64,000 nucleotides of DNA, from assembly GCF_032191835.1 (NCBI RefSeq), contig NC_083237.1, forward strand, positions 17,980,001 to 18,044,000. The letters run 5' to 3'. How positions within the stretch are numbered: position 1 is the stretch's first letter; every line of letters starts with the position of its first letter. Of this stretch, positions 37,900 through 49,482 are shown piece after piece. A program made the translations under genes and the position numbers. The stretch comes from Heteronotia binoei. Lineage: Eukaryota. The notes beneath the pieces are model-generated. The model ran no database searches. It was not told where the DNA came from and worked only from the letters and a program-made list of their open reading frames with translations.

Positions 37900-39055
37900 C
37901 ACTTTTCTGATTTTTCAAAGTGTTTCCTTTCTCACTGCCTTTTAGAAATGAATGCACGGCAGGCTGTTTGCTGCAAGAAGTTAACATAAAGGCAAAATGT
38001 AGGAGGTGGGTTGGGACACAATCCTAACAGGAGACAGCAGTAAAATACAGGTTCAAGCTTGTGATTTTGTTGAGGGCACGAGGATGAATCACAAATTTGG
38101 CCAGAATCCAAACTGTCCTCTTGGGGAAAACCCATTCAGCCAGAGGAAGGTTCTGTGTTACCTGTTCCCACCATTCACATGTCCAGAGGCAAGCAGAGAT
38201 ATGGACATGTTACCTGGATGGAGAGAAAGCAGATGAGCTTGGAAAGGTTCACAGTCAGGAAACCTGAGAACAGCTAAGCCAGAAACAGAAAGGTTTCCTC
38301 TCAGTTGAGAGATCCTTGGGGGAAAGTAAAGGGATGGGTCAAGGGGAAAAGGAGATGGGGAAACAAAACAAGCCAGTGTGAGGATACAGGCTGAAAAAGA
38401 CATTGCTGAGGAATTCCAAGAACAGAATACAAAAATATGCCCGAGGAGAACATGGTGCCTAGTCCACCCTAGAAGCGTTCAGTGCCAGGAAACAGGTAGC
38501 CAGGGCTTGGTAGAAGCCTTACCCTCTCTGAGCTTGAGGTATGATCAAGAGGGCAACAAGGCTCCATATCCTATCTGGGGTTAGTGCTTTAAAGATACAG
38601 TAGGTGAACTGGGGTTATGAGATGTAATTAAACAAAACCTTCTTAGCTCTTGAGACACCCAGCCACAACCCAAACAACAAGCCTGGATGTAACATATGTT
38701 GGGATCAGCATGTTGGGAGTGTATGTCACTGAGAGATAAATAATTTAATAAAGGGAGCTTTACAGACACTAACTGGGTCACTCTGTAATAAAAACGAACA
38801 GATTAGTCAAGGCAGATATTGATAAGGGCACGCCCAAACCAAGAACAGTGTGTGAATTCTGCTGCTGGTCTTGGGAGGGCCTTCAAGTGCTGATGAGTAG
38901 CATCTTAATGAGAATAACCTGGAACCTCTGGGGCAGAACTGGTGCCCAGATCCACAGGGTTGCTGTTGTTTTTTTCCTTTTGGAAGGACATCTATAGAAA
39001 ACAAGACAGACAACAAGTGTGTCCCCTCCTCTCCTCCAGCTTCATTACAATATGG

Positions 39056-40518
39056 CAGGGGTGGCCAATGGTAGCTCTCCACATGTTTTTTGCCTACAAC
39101 TCATCCGCCTAAACTTGCAGGCCGAGCGGTCCCCTTATTACTTTATGCCGATGACACTACCATCCTCTCTTGTACAAGAGTGGGCCTGCAAAGGTATTTG
39201 AATGCCTTTTATGACTACTGTAATTGTAATTCACTTACTATCAATTACACCAAATCTAAAGTAGTTGTCTTTTCAAACTGCTGGCGCCCACAGAGATGGT
39301 TTATTGGCAATTCAACAATCGAGCAAACAAAAAAATTTAAATACTTGGGGATCACTTTTAACCACAAGTTAAGCTGGGTTTCACATCGTAACAACACCGT
39401 CAACTTGGCTAAATGTTCAGCTGCTCAAATTAAACAGTTTTTCTTTGCAAGGGGCAACCAATTAGTTCCAGCAGCTATTAAAGTGTTCAAAGCCAAAACG
39501 CTTGCCCAAATCCTCTATGGTATCCCTATTTGGATCTCAGCTTTTACCAGGAAAGTGGAGGGCATTCAAGCCTCATTCTTTAGACAAATTCTTGGTTTGC
39601 CAAAATGTGTGTCCTACTTTGCTCTCTGCTCTGAAGTGGGTCAGTCTTTGGTGGAGACAAAAGCCTGGATTGCAGTGTTTAAATTCTGGCTCAAAATTCA
39701 TTTTAGAACAGATCCCAACAGCCTTCTTGATTGTATGAAAAGAGACCCATATATTTCATCCTGGACAGCAGTGCTTCTGTCTAAACTCAATCAATTGGGG
39801 TTAGAGGTAGATGATTTTTCTACCGCTGATGAGTCATATATCTTCAGATGTATTAAACTGAGACTATGGGAATCGGAGGATACGAAATTACGGCCAACTG
39901 ACCCTTATATTTGCTCTCCGGCTTCCTTAGGTCTTTATGCTTTTTGTGGCAAAATGCCCAATTATCTATCAGACCTAACCACTCCAAGTCATCGCAGGGC
40001 GTTTATGTTGGCTAGACTAAACGCGTTTCCCTCCAAAGTTTTACAAGGGAGATATCAGCGAGTCCCTTTAGCCGACAGACTTTGCTCCTGTGGAGCAAAT
40101 ACCCCTGACTCAATCCAGCATATATTGCTTGATTGTTCTTTATAACATAACCTCCGTAAAGATTTATTTGGCAAGCTTTCTTTTTCTCCAGATTTGTCCA
40201 TTCTGCCACCCTGTTATTATTTATTGAGTGATACAGAGGGGGTGGTTAGTGAGGCTGTGGCAAAATTTCTGGCTGACATCCTTAAATTTAATTCTGACCA
40301 TGTTTGAATGCATCTGTAAGCTCGGTTTTATCTTGATTTTATCTCCAATGTTTAAATTTTTATATTCTGCGTATTTTTATCTGAATCTATTATGCCATTA
40401 AAGGTTTGGTATGGTATGGCCTACAACTCCCATCAGCCCCAGCCATTGGCCATGCTGGCTGGGGCTGATGTGAGTTGTAGGCAAAAAACATCTGGAGAGC
40501 TACCGTTGGCCACCCCTG
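39056..40518. mobile_element. hAT-like MITE split by a LINE insertion
   Basis: TIRs caggggtggcca / tggccacccctg; 8-bp TSD CAATATGG at 39048-39055 and 40519-40526. Confidence 0.9.
39103..40418 (+). mobile_element. 5'-truncated non-LTR retrotransposon (RT C-terminal half plus Cys/His knuckle; RTE-X-like, clade uncertain)
   Basis: LLYADD, FKYLG, RLCSCG...IQHILLDC; tail ggtttggtatggtatgg; 11-bp TSD GCCTACAACTC at 39092-39102 and 40419-40429. Confidence 0.85.
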
Positions 40519-41525
40519 CAATATGGTGCTGTTTTAACTTGAAAGAGAACCATGGAATGTCTTAAGGCTCACAAGCAAGCTGCAAGGAGCAAAAGGACAC
40601 TGACCAAGCAGGGCACATTCTAAAAAGGCTGTGAGTGTTCATGTGTGTATGCAACAGAGTTAAGGAAACTGCCTTTGTGGAATAACCCTACTGCAAGAAA
40701 CAGGACATGCCAACACGTATCTCGTACCAAAATGAAGTCAAGGTGGAGAAGATGATAATTCTGAAAAAGGAAAAAAGAGAGCGTACCCTCTTAGGCCTTG
40801 ATCTGCTTGCAACAGAAATGTACAGCTAGCAGCATTTGGGAGGTGCAAACAGCTAATGAAGTTTGGCTGTAGTTTGGCTGAGGAATGGGCCCAGCGAGGA
40901 AACAGATGAGGGTCCATATATTGGCTGACTGACCTTCCCAGCTGACTGGCCACATCTCCCTCATGCTGCTTGGACTAGGATGTTGGAAGAAGGCCCCAAC
41001 ACTGATGGAGAATGAGGAAACTTAGCCCATTCAAAGTGGCCTGGGTGGGGTGGGGGTAGGTGGTGTTAATGGTGTGGCTGCTCTTCAGCCTGGCCTTCTC
41101 CCCCACCAGCCAACCTCCACTCCCACTTTGTTTCCATACTCAGCTGGCCCATGGCAGTCCCAAAGGCTGGATTGAGGGCTTCACCAATGAGGAATTCCAA
41201 GGAGAAGACCAGCCTGCCATTTTTGCCTCTTCCTGCTTCCTTTGCTAAGGCTGGAGAAAAATGCCAAGGAGAGTTAAGAGGTCAGTGGTGATTTTACATT
41301 CCAAGACAGGGCAAAACTGAACAATGGTTCTTCATGGTTGTTTGGGCTTCCAAGGAAGCACCCCTCCCCAACTCCTCTTTAACATTCTCATTTGCATATT
41401 AAGCCACACCCCAATGCTAAGGCAGCTGGAACAGTGTTCCTGTGCGTTCCTGCTCAAAAAAAGCCGTGGTTCTTGATATGGTGTCCCTTTCTCCCCCCCC
41501 CCCCCCCCCAGGTCCCAGGCTCGCC

Positions 41526-42464
41526 ATGAATGGATCCATCATTTCCGAGTTCATTTTGCTGGGATTTTCCTGCTCTCGCACTTTCCAGCTCACCCTGTTG
41601 ACCTGGGTCTTGGCCTGCTATGCCACTGTCCTGTTGGGCAACTTCCTCATTATGGTGACCGTCCGCGCAGAACGCCACCTCCTCCGTTCCCCCATGTATT
41701 TCTTCCTGTCCAATCTTTCTTTTATTGATATGTCCTTGGGTTCGGTGGCTGGGCCTAAGATGATAGCCAATCTGGTGATCTGCGGCCATGCCATTTCCTA
41801 TGGGGGCTGCATGGCCCAGCTCTTCTTCCTCCATTTCTTCGGCGGTGCAGAGATGCTCCTCCTCACCGTCATGGCCTACGACCGCTACGTGGCCATCTGC
41901 CACCCTTTGAGGTACATGGCCATCATGGACCGGCAGCGCTGTTTCAAGCTCCTTATGGTTTGCTGGGCAGGAGGCCTCCTTCATTCCACAATCCAAATGG
42001 TGGTGGTTGCCCAGCTACCATTCTGTGGGCCCAACATGCTGGACAATTTCTACTGTGACATTCCACAGGTCATCCGGTTGGCCTGTACAGAGACCTCCAT
42101 CATTGATTTACTCATGGTGGCCAACAGCAGCCTCCTCTCCCTGCCCTGTTTCTTAATCTTGCTGATCTCCTATGCTGTGATCTTGGCCACCCTAAAAGGA
42201 CGCTTCAGGAAAGGGGGTGGGAAGGCTCTCTCCACCTGCAGCTCCCACCTTATTGTAGTCAGCCTCATCTATGTGCCGTGCATCTTTGTGTATCTCAAGC
42301 CTTTCTCCAGTTCCTGGGTGGACAAAATAGCCTCCATGTTCTACACAGTTGTCACACCTGCCCTCAACCCAATTGTCTACACCTTGAGGAACCAAGAAGT
42401 GATAGATGCTATGGGGAAGCTGAGGAACAGGTGTATATTGTTTCCTCTTCGAGTAAAGGGATAA
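41526..42464 (+). CDS. OR4Q3-like: Olfactory receptor OR4Q-like, copy 1, 312 aa
   Basis: MNGS start follows a poly-C acceptor tract. HLLRSPMY has the one-residue insertion recalled for OR4Q3 (HLLQSPMY). MAYDRYVAIC, KALSTC, PALNPIVYTLRN are present. Confidence 0.92.
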   Translation: MNGSIISEFILLGFSCSRTFQLTLLTWVLACYATVLLGNFLIMVTVRAERHLLRSPMYFFLSNLSFIDMSLGSVAGPKMIANLVICGHAISYGGCMAQLFFLHFFGGAEMLLLTVMAYDRYVAICHPLRYMAIMDRQRCFKLLMVCWAGGLLHSTIQMVVVAQLPFCGPNMLDNFYCDIPQVIRLACTETSIIDLLMVANSSLLSLPCFLILLISYAVILATLKGRFRKGGGKALSTCSSHLIVVSLIYVPCIFVYLKPFSSSWVDKIASMFYTVVTPALNPIVYTLRNQEVIDAMGKLRNRCILFPLRVKG

Positions 42465-42497
42465 CATGCATGAATTGGCTTTTGCTGGAATTTGCTG

Positions 42498-42782
42498 GAG
42501 AGCCATTTTGGTGTAGTAGTTAAATGCATGGACTCTTATCTGGGAGAACCGGGTTTGATTCCCCACTCCTCCATATACACTTGCTGATGTGACCTTGGGT
42601 CAGCCACAAGTTTTCTCAGAGCTGTTCTGCTCAAGAGCAGTTCTGGGAGAGCTCTCTCAGCCCCACCTACCTCACAGGGTGTCTGTTGTGGGGAGGGGAA
42701 GGGAAAGGAGATTGTAAACCACTCTGAGACTCTAATGGCTAGTGAAGGGTGGGGTATAAATCCAATCTCTTCTTCTTCTTCC
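42498..42782 (+). mobile_element. Squam3-like SINE starting 34 bp after the OR stop codon
   Basis: gagagccattttggtgtagtag head through a (TTC)n tail. Confidence 0.85.
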
Positions 42783-43132
42783 TTGAGAAACTTTGGCAAA
42801 TGCTTATTTCAGATACATTTACATAGCTCAGTGATGGGGTATCTGCTTTGTATGTGGAGGTTCTGACCCCCAGCATCTCCAGTTGAAAGAACCAGGTAAT
42901 GAAAGACCCTGAGACCATGGAAGATTGCTGCCAGTCTGAGTAAACAATACTGACCTAGATAGGCCAATGTCTAACTCAGTATAAGGTAGCTTTGTATGTT
43001 TATATGTACCTCTTACATTTTCAGAATTCAAGAAGGAAGGCATCAGTGAGGGTCATGTGTTTGTTTGACCCTTGCTTACAGATGTGAGTTGGACCACAGC
43101 TCAGTGCCACAGCATGTGCAGAAAGTTGTACA

Positions 43133-43313
43133 TAGGGCCTTTTTTTGTAGCAGGAACTCCTTCGCATATTAAGCCACACCCCTGTTGCAGCCAATCCACC
43201 AAGAGCTTACAGGGCTCTTCTTACAGGGCCTACTGTAAGCTCCAGGAGGACCAGCTACATCAGGGTTGTGTGGCCTAATATGCAAAGGAGTTCCTGCTAC
43301 CAAAAAAGCCCTG
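43133..43313. mobile_element. Palindromic hAT-like MITE (cagggcttttt family, about 11 copies in the window)
   Basis: 8-bp TSD GTTGTACA at 43125-43132 and 43314-43321. Related copies near 4338, 4826, 13067, 15367, 16475, 22325, 34657, 41385 and 58330. Confidence 0.85.
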
Positions 43314-43589
43314 GTTGTACAATAGATCTCCACTATTTCCTTTTTTTAAAAAAAGAGGGGGATCCCAAATAGTAGGGCTGGGAAAGACCCGTGTCTAAAG
43401 CTTTGGAGAGCTGCAGCCAATCAAACTAGACAAGTCTGGGCTAGCAATGGGCTGTGTCAGTGTGAGGTCATTTCCTATGTCCATATAATCAGTCAGTTTT
43501 TTGTGTTCTTCCCATTGTCTGTGATGGCCAGAGGTGGGGGATGGAAGAATCCATCTGAACCTTTTAAATCAAGCACGGAATTCCCTTTC

Positions 43590-43810
43590 NNNNNNNNNNN
43601 NNNNNNNNNNNNNNNNNNNNNNNNNNNNNNNNNNNNNNNNNNNNNNNNNNNNNNNNNNNNNNNNNNNNNNNNNNNNNNNNNNNNNNNNNNNNNNNNNNNN
43701 NNNNNNNNNNNNNNNNNNNNNNNNNNNNNNNNNNNNNNNNNNNNNNNNNNNNNNNNNNNNNNNNNNNNNNNNNNNNNNNNNNNNNNNNNNNNNNNNNNNN
43801 NNNNNNNNNN
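43590..43810. other. Assembly gap
   Basis: Run of N; probably hides the L2 3' tail. Confidence 1.
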
Positions 43811-43969
43811 TCCCCGCCGGAGCAGGCTCAGGGCGGCTAACAACATCATTCAGTTATACAAAAAACAAAGTTACATTTAACATTAAAATTCTGATAAATT
43901 TAAAATTAATTAATTAATTAAGTGATAAAAGTGCTAATGCTATTTGTTCTTTTATGATGGCGGTAATCA

Positions 43970-46953
43970 TTAGCAATTACTTTCTTCGTCAGCGAAAGCC
44001 AGTCGGAAGAGGAAGGTCTTGCAGGCCCTGCGGAACTGTTCAAGGTCCCGCAGGGCCCGCATTTCCTCTGGAAGTTGGTTCCATAGGTTCGGGGCTACAG
44101 AGGAGAAGGCCCGATTGCGGGTGCATTGCAGCTTCACCTCTCTCGGTCCGGGGGTGGTCAACAAGTTTTTTCCAGCTGACCTCAGTGCTCTCTGCGGTTC
44201 ATATGGGGAAGGACGGTCCATAAGGTAGACAGGTCCTCGACCATATAGGGCTTTAAAGGTAATGACCAGCACTTTGTAACGAACCCGGTATATAACTGGC
44301 AGCCAGTGCAGCTCGCGCAGTCCAGGCTGTATGTGCTCCCATTTAGGGAGCCCCAGCAACAGTCTGGCCGCTGCATTCTGCACCAGCTGCAGCTTCCGGG
44401 TTCGGTACAGAGGCAGCCCCATGTAGAGGGCATTACAGTAATCCAGTCTCGAGGTGACCGTTGCGTGAAGTACTGTTGCCAGATCTTGGCGCTCTAGGAA
44501 GTGAGCCAGCTGCCTTGCCCGCCTCAGGTGGAAAAAGGCTGACTTGGCAGTGGCTGCAATCTGGGCCTCCATTGATAATGAAGGCTCCAGTAGAACTCCC
44601 AGACTCCTAACCCGGTGCGCCACTTTCAGTGGTGCCCCGTCGAAGACCGGAAGAGGTATTTCCCTTTCCCGGGCGCCCCGACCCAGGCAAAGGACTTCTG
44701 TCTTCGCTGGATTCAGTTTCAGCCCGCTCCCCCTCAACCACGTTGCCATATCCTGCAAGGCCCGGTCTAAATTCTCAGGGACGCAGTCAGGCCGGCCGTC
44801 CATCAGCAGATAGAGTTGGGTGTCATCTGCATATTGATGGCACCCAAGTCCATATCTCCTGGCAATCTGGGCAAGAGGGCGCATATAGATATTGAATAAC
44901 ATTGGTGAGAGAACTGCCCCCTGAGGCACTCCACAATCCAGTGTGCGCCTCCGGGACCACTCGCCACCAATTGCCACCCTTTGTCCCCGATCCTCGAGGA
45001 AGGAGGAGAGCCATTGTAAGGCAGACCCCCTCACCCCTATATCGGCGAGGCGGCGGGTCAGTAGCTGATGGTCGACCATGTCGAACGCGGCCGACAGATC
45101 TAACAACATCAGCACCGCCACACTGCCCCGATCCAGGTGCCGTTGGAGATCATCTACCAGGGCGACCAGTACTGTCTCCGTCCCATAACCCGGGCGAAAG
45201 CCGGACTGGCAAGGGTCTAGGATGGAAGCGTCATCCAGAAAGCTCTGCAACTGCGACGCCACTGCCCTCTCTATTATTTTACCTAAAAACGGTAAATTAG
45301 AGACCGGTCGGTAGTTTGCCAATTCGGCCGGATCTGCTGTACTTTTTTTCAAGAGGGGTCGGACCAAGGCCCCTTTCAGGGGTGATGGAAAGCGCCCCTC
45401 TGAGAGGGATCTATTTATAATGTCCCGTAGAGGACATTCAAGCTCCCTCAGGCAGGATTTAGTTAGCCAGGAGGGGCATGGGTCCAGGTCGCAAGTTGTA
45501 GGGCGCACAGAGGAGAGAATTCCGTCAACTTCCTCCAGGCTGAGCGGGTCGAAATGATCCAGAGTTAAATCAGAAGACAGGCATAGGGCCTCGGGCTCAT
45601 GTACTGTATCTAAGGTGATGGGCAGGTCCTGGCGGAACAACGTGATTTTGTCTGCAAAAAATTTCGCAAAAGCCTCACAGCCTATTTCTAATTCTCTAAC
45701 GTTTGGTCTGCCCTGGGGCAGTGTAGTTAAATGTCCAATTATTTTAAACAATTGTGCCGGGCGCGAATTTGCAGACGCAATCTTGGCTGCGAAGTACTTC
45801 TTCTTCACGGCCTTGACTGCCATCTCATATGACCTCATAAACGTTCTGTAGGATGTTCTCGCCGCTTCACCACGAGTGCGCCGCCACTGCCTCTCTAGTC
45901 GCCGGAGTCCTTGTTTCAACCGGCGTAGCTCCAGGGTATACCAAGGAGCCAGCCTTGAACGAGGGCGCAGAGGACGTCGGGGTGCGATCTCATTGATTGC
46001 CCCAGATAGCCGGTCTTGCCAGGCATCAACCAGGGCATCAAGGGAATCGCAAGGGGGCCAAGGATCCCAAAGAGCCGTTTGGAACTGTTCCGGGTCCATC
46101 AGGCTCTGCGGGTGAGCCAAAATAGGCTCTCCACCCTTACAGGGTTGTGGTAGCGTCTCCATACGAGCCTTGAGGGCTAAGTGATCCGACCATGGTATCG
46201 CCTCCGTTGCGATTTCGTTCACTTTAATCCCAGCCGCAAAGGTCAGATCTAATGTGTGCCCAGCCTGATGTGTGGGAGTCGTAACAAATTGGGAGAGTCC
46301 CAGTGTCGCCATGGAAGACACTAGGTCCATCGCCTGAGTGGAAGCCGCGTCATCGGCGTGGACATTGAAGTCACCCAGGACCAGAAGCCCTGGGTACTCC
46401 AACGCCCAGCCGGACACCGCCTCCATCAGGGATGGTAAGGCGCTGGCCGGTGCGTTAGGCGGACGGTACACCAGCCAGATCGCCAACCTCTCCCCGACAT
46501 CTAACGCAAGGCCGACACATTCAACACCGTCGATCTTTGGGGCCGGGAGGGCCCGGAAGGAGTAAGCCTCCCATATGAATACCGCCCCCCCCCCGCCCCC
46601 CCAATCCGCGACTGGTGGAAGACCGAGTAACCCGGGGGAGTCATCTGGGAGAGTGCCATTGTCTCTCCCTCTTGAACCCAGGTCTTGGTCACGCAAGCCA
46701 GGTCTGCATCCTGCCGAAGCAGGAAGTCCCTAATGGTCTCGATCTTATTATTTATAGACCTGGCGTTGCATAACACCAGTGTCGGACGCGGGCAATTTCT
46801 CTTGGCCCCCCTTCTTGTCACCGTTGGGATGGGAAGTAGACTAGAAGGGGGCTGAGCACTGTTTTGTCTCTGTCTCCTTCTCTCATATCTCCGTCCATTC
46901 CCACCGTCATATCTTCCCCTCCCCAGGAGCACTGGAATCCCCTGACCAGTCAT
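43970..46953 (-). pseudogene. L2 ORF2 (endonuclease plus reverse transcriptase) with one frameshift in a G-run at ~46585-46602
   Basis: LCNARSINNK...VTKTW, GDFNVH, GHTLDL, SDH, NYRPVSNLPFLGK, QSGFR, LDLSAAFD, YADDTQLY, RLDYCN, LQLVQNAAARL. Confidence 0.9.
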
Positions 46954-47349
46954 CCCAAGCCTATTCTTTGATGGTTATATTAAGTTCGGCTGACTAGTTT
47001 ACATGCACAGCACAGATCCCCGGCCCACCCCTGTCCTCAGTTCCCAATTGTCTAGTTCACCAAAATCTTTCCTAATTGATTAGTAAATAAAGAATTCTTA
47101 CTTAGCACAGTACTAAAACCTAATTCTTAAAATTTTTAAAGTGCTAACATGAATAAATAATCAATTAATTAATTAATCCTATATGCATTTAAATACATAA
47201 AATACACAATAATAATCCGATTTCTAATCAATTTAAAATTTCTAATCCAATTTCTAATCAATTTAAAATTAATTCATTGTTAATAATTCTAATAGGTGAC
47301 CAATAGTTAATTAGGCAACAAAGATGAAATTAAGGAGGTGAGGTAGGGT

Positions 47350-47755
47350 TGTCGGTGCGGGTGCTAGCAGAGAGAGCTGTGAGATGTGCCCGACACTGAG
47401 CTCCAGGAAAGAAATCAGCCAGACACCTGCAGCTAGTGCCAAAGTAGTGTATTTACAGTATATACAACTCGTGCTCACTAGTGCAGTCCAATATATTAAT
47501 CACAGGAACAAAATGCTTTGCCAGCACGTCCACTCTCAAAGAGAGACCTGTGCATTACAGACACAGTCCACTTATAGTTCAGTCAGCCAATCCTGGCAGT
47601 CCACTCTCATGCTGACTCAGCAGGTTCCTTCACTTGTCTTCAGCCGGCTCAAACCAGCCTGTTGATAAGGTCACTGTGACCTAGCCTGCCGGCTAGATCA
47701 CCAGCTGTCATTACAGAGCTGTCAACCTGGGTTAAGATAGATTCCTTAACCAACA
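47350..47755 (-). mobile_element. Solo LTR (406 bp) of a copia family related to the element at 59393
   Basis: Termini TGTCGG...CCAACA; 5-bp TSD AGGGT at 47345-47349 and 47756-47760; colinear similarity with 59393-59790. Confidence 0.92.
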
Positions 47756-48764
47756 AGGGTGTAGTTCTTAAAGTGCTGTTAGTTGGTGTAAAAATTTTTA
47801 GAAACGAATGTCCAGGTTTTAGGCGTCTTCGGCGCTTTGTGGCGGCTTTAAAGTGCAGGTGCTGTTTTCTGGTATAGAGACAGTTTTTGGGTGCTGTTCT
47901 TAGTATAATTTTTTGAAGCATGGATGGAAGAGCTTCTTGGCTGATGGCCCTGCCTCGGGTGAGGGGGGTGTGGGGGCGGAAGAATACGGGAGCGGGGGGG
48001 GGGGCTAGAGGGGAGCAAGGAGGAAGAGCAAGAAGAAGAAAGGGGGGGCGAGGACAGAGACCGGGGTGTCCACCGAGACCTACGTCCCGGGGCAGTCCAT
48101 TCCTCCGCTCGCTCACACCCTCTCAGCTCCGTCACCCTCCACAGCTACCCCACTCACTCGACTCACCCCTCTCCCTCCTCGTTGTGTCAGTTCCGCACCC
48201 CAGTCCTCTTGCGAAGGGCTGCTCCAGCTGTTCGCCTATGGCCGCACCCACTCCTTCCCAATCTCGGCGTCGCCGGCGGTAGCGATGTTTTCAGCAGCTC
48301 GGAACAGCCACGCTCCTTTCCTGCACTCAGTAGAACCAAGCAAGCAGAAGCCCCGCCATGACCTCCGTCGGCTCCACATTCCGTTCTCTTTGCGCCTCTG
48401 CGTTCTCCTCACCGGCACCGGCTCAGTCCTTCCCGGTTTCCGCTGGACGCCAGCCCACGGCTGTGTCCCGGCCCTGTCTCAGTGGACCCCTGCAGCCCGC
48501 CGCTCACGCCTCCAACTCCGCCAACAGCCGACAGCCGCCGCCTGGACCTCGGTTCTATGGTGATTTGTTGTTTTTAGTTCGCTCGTTGTTGTTGTTAGTA
48601 GTTGCTATAGTTATAACAGCTATTGTAACAGCTGTTATAGTTAAGTTGTTATCAGTCTGCGGGAGCCCTAGCACAAGGCTTCTACCGCCGCCATTACAAT
48701 CTAAGTATTGTGTATAGGCATTATGAAAATGAATTTGGGGTGACTTTGGAAGGTTGAGGGTTCA

Positions 48765-49270
48765 ATGGGCATCATGTTTCACAAGAGTATGCATGAGATG
48801 GAGAAAGTAGAGAAAGAAGTACTTTTCACCCTTTCTCACAATACAAGAACTCGCTGGCACTCAATGAAATTGCTGAGCAGTCAGGTTAAAATGGATAAAA
48901 GTAAGTACTTCTTCACCCAAAGGGTGATTTAACATGTGGAATTCACTGCCACAGGAGGTGGTGGCGGCTGCAAGCATAGCCAGCTTTAAGAGGGAATTGG
49001 ATAAAAATATGGAGCAGAGGTCCATNNNNNNNNNNNNNNNNNNNNNNNNNNNNNNNNNNNNNNNNNNNNNNNNNNNNNNNNNNNNNNNNNNNNNNNNNNN
49101 NNNNNNNNNNNNNNNNNNNNNNNNNNNNNNNNNNNNNNNNNNNNNNNNNNNNNNNNNNNNNNNNNNNNNNNNNNNNNNNNNNNNNNNNNNNNNNNNNNNN
49201 NNNNNCACAGAGTGTTGGACTGGATGGGCCATTGGCCTAATCCAGCACGGCTTCTCTTATGTTCTTATGG
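48765..49270 (+). mobile_element. CR1 3' fragment spanning an assembly gap (N at 49026-49205)
   Basis: WNSLPQEVVAAASIASFKRELDKNMEQRS; tail ttctcttatgttcttatg. Confidence 0.85.
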
Positions 49271-49482
49271 TGATTCCTTTAGATGGATGTTGAGCTTGCA
49301 AATTTGCAAGATTTTTTAATACTGTTCTATTTTTTTAAAGTTAATATTTTATTTTCCAATGTTATTATACTGCTTTTAGAGTTCTGACAGCCTAAATAAA
49401 CAAAACTCAAAATGCATTCTTCTTTTCTTTCTTTCTTTTTAAAATAATCCATGTAATTCAAAACTATCTTTCCTCCTCGGCT

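Larger units (their letters stand above)
43811..48702 (-). mobile_element. Near-full-length L2-clade LINE with a nested solo LTR
   Basis: APE plus RT ORF; 3' motif gttagccgccctgagcc; GC/CpG-rich 5' region at about 48040-48560. The 5' boundary is approximate. Confidence 0.85.

Noticed and set aside
41442-41525. Poly-Pro N-terminal extension of the 340-aa OR ORF
   Set aside because: It begins at a non-ATG codon inside a MITE and crosses the poly-C acceptor tract. The paralogue starts at the equivalent MNGS.
41780-42070. Gene conversion between the two OR4Q-like genes in the highly similar central region
   Set aside because: The region covers TM3-ECL2 motifs that are constrained anyway, and synonymous differences remain. 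A sliding-window dS analysis would be needed to support it.
47756-48717. Several 95-165-aa ORFs as a possible L2 ORF1 or a host gene
   Set aside because: Low-complexity products of GC-rich sequence, mostly on the wrong strand or without an ATG, and with no recognisable motif.
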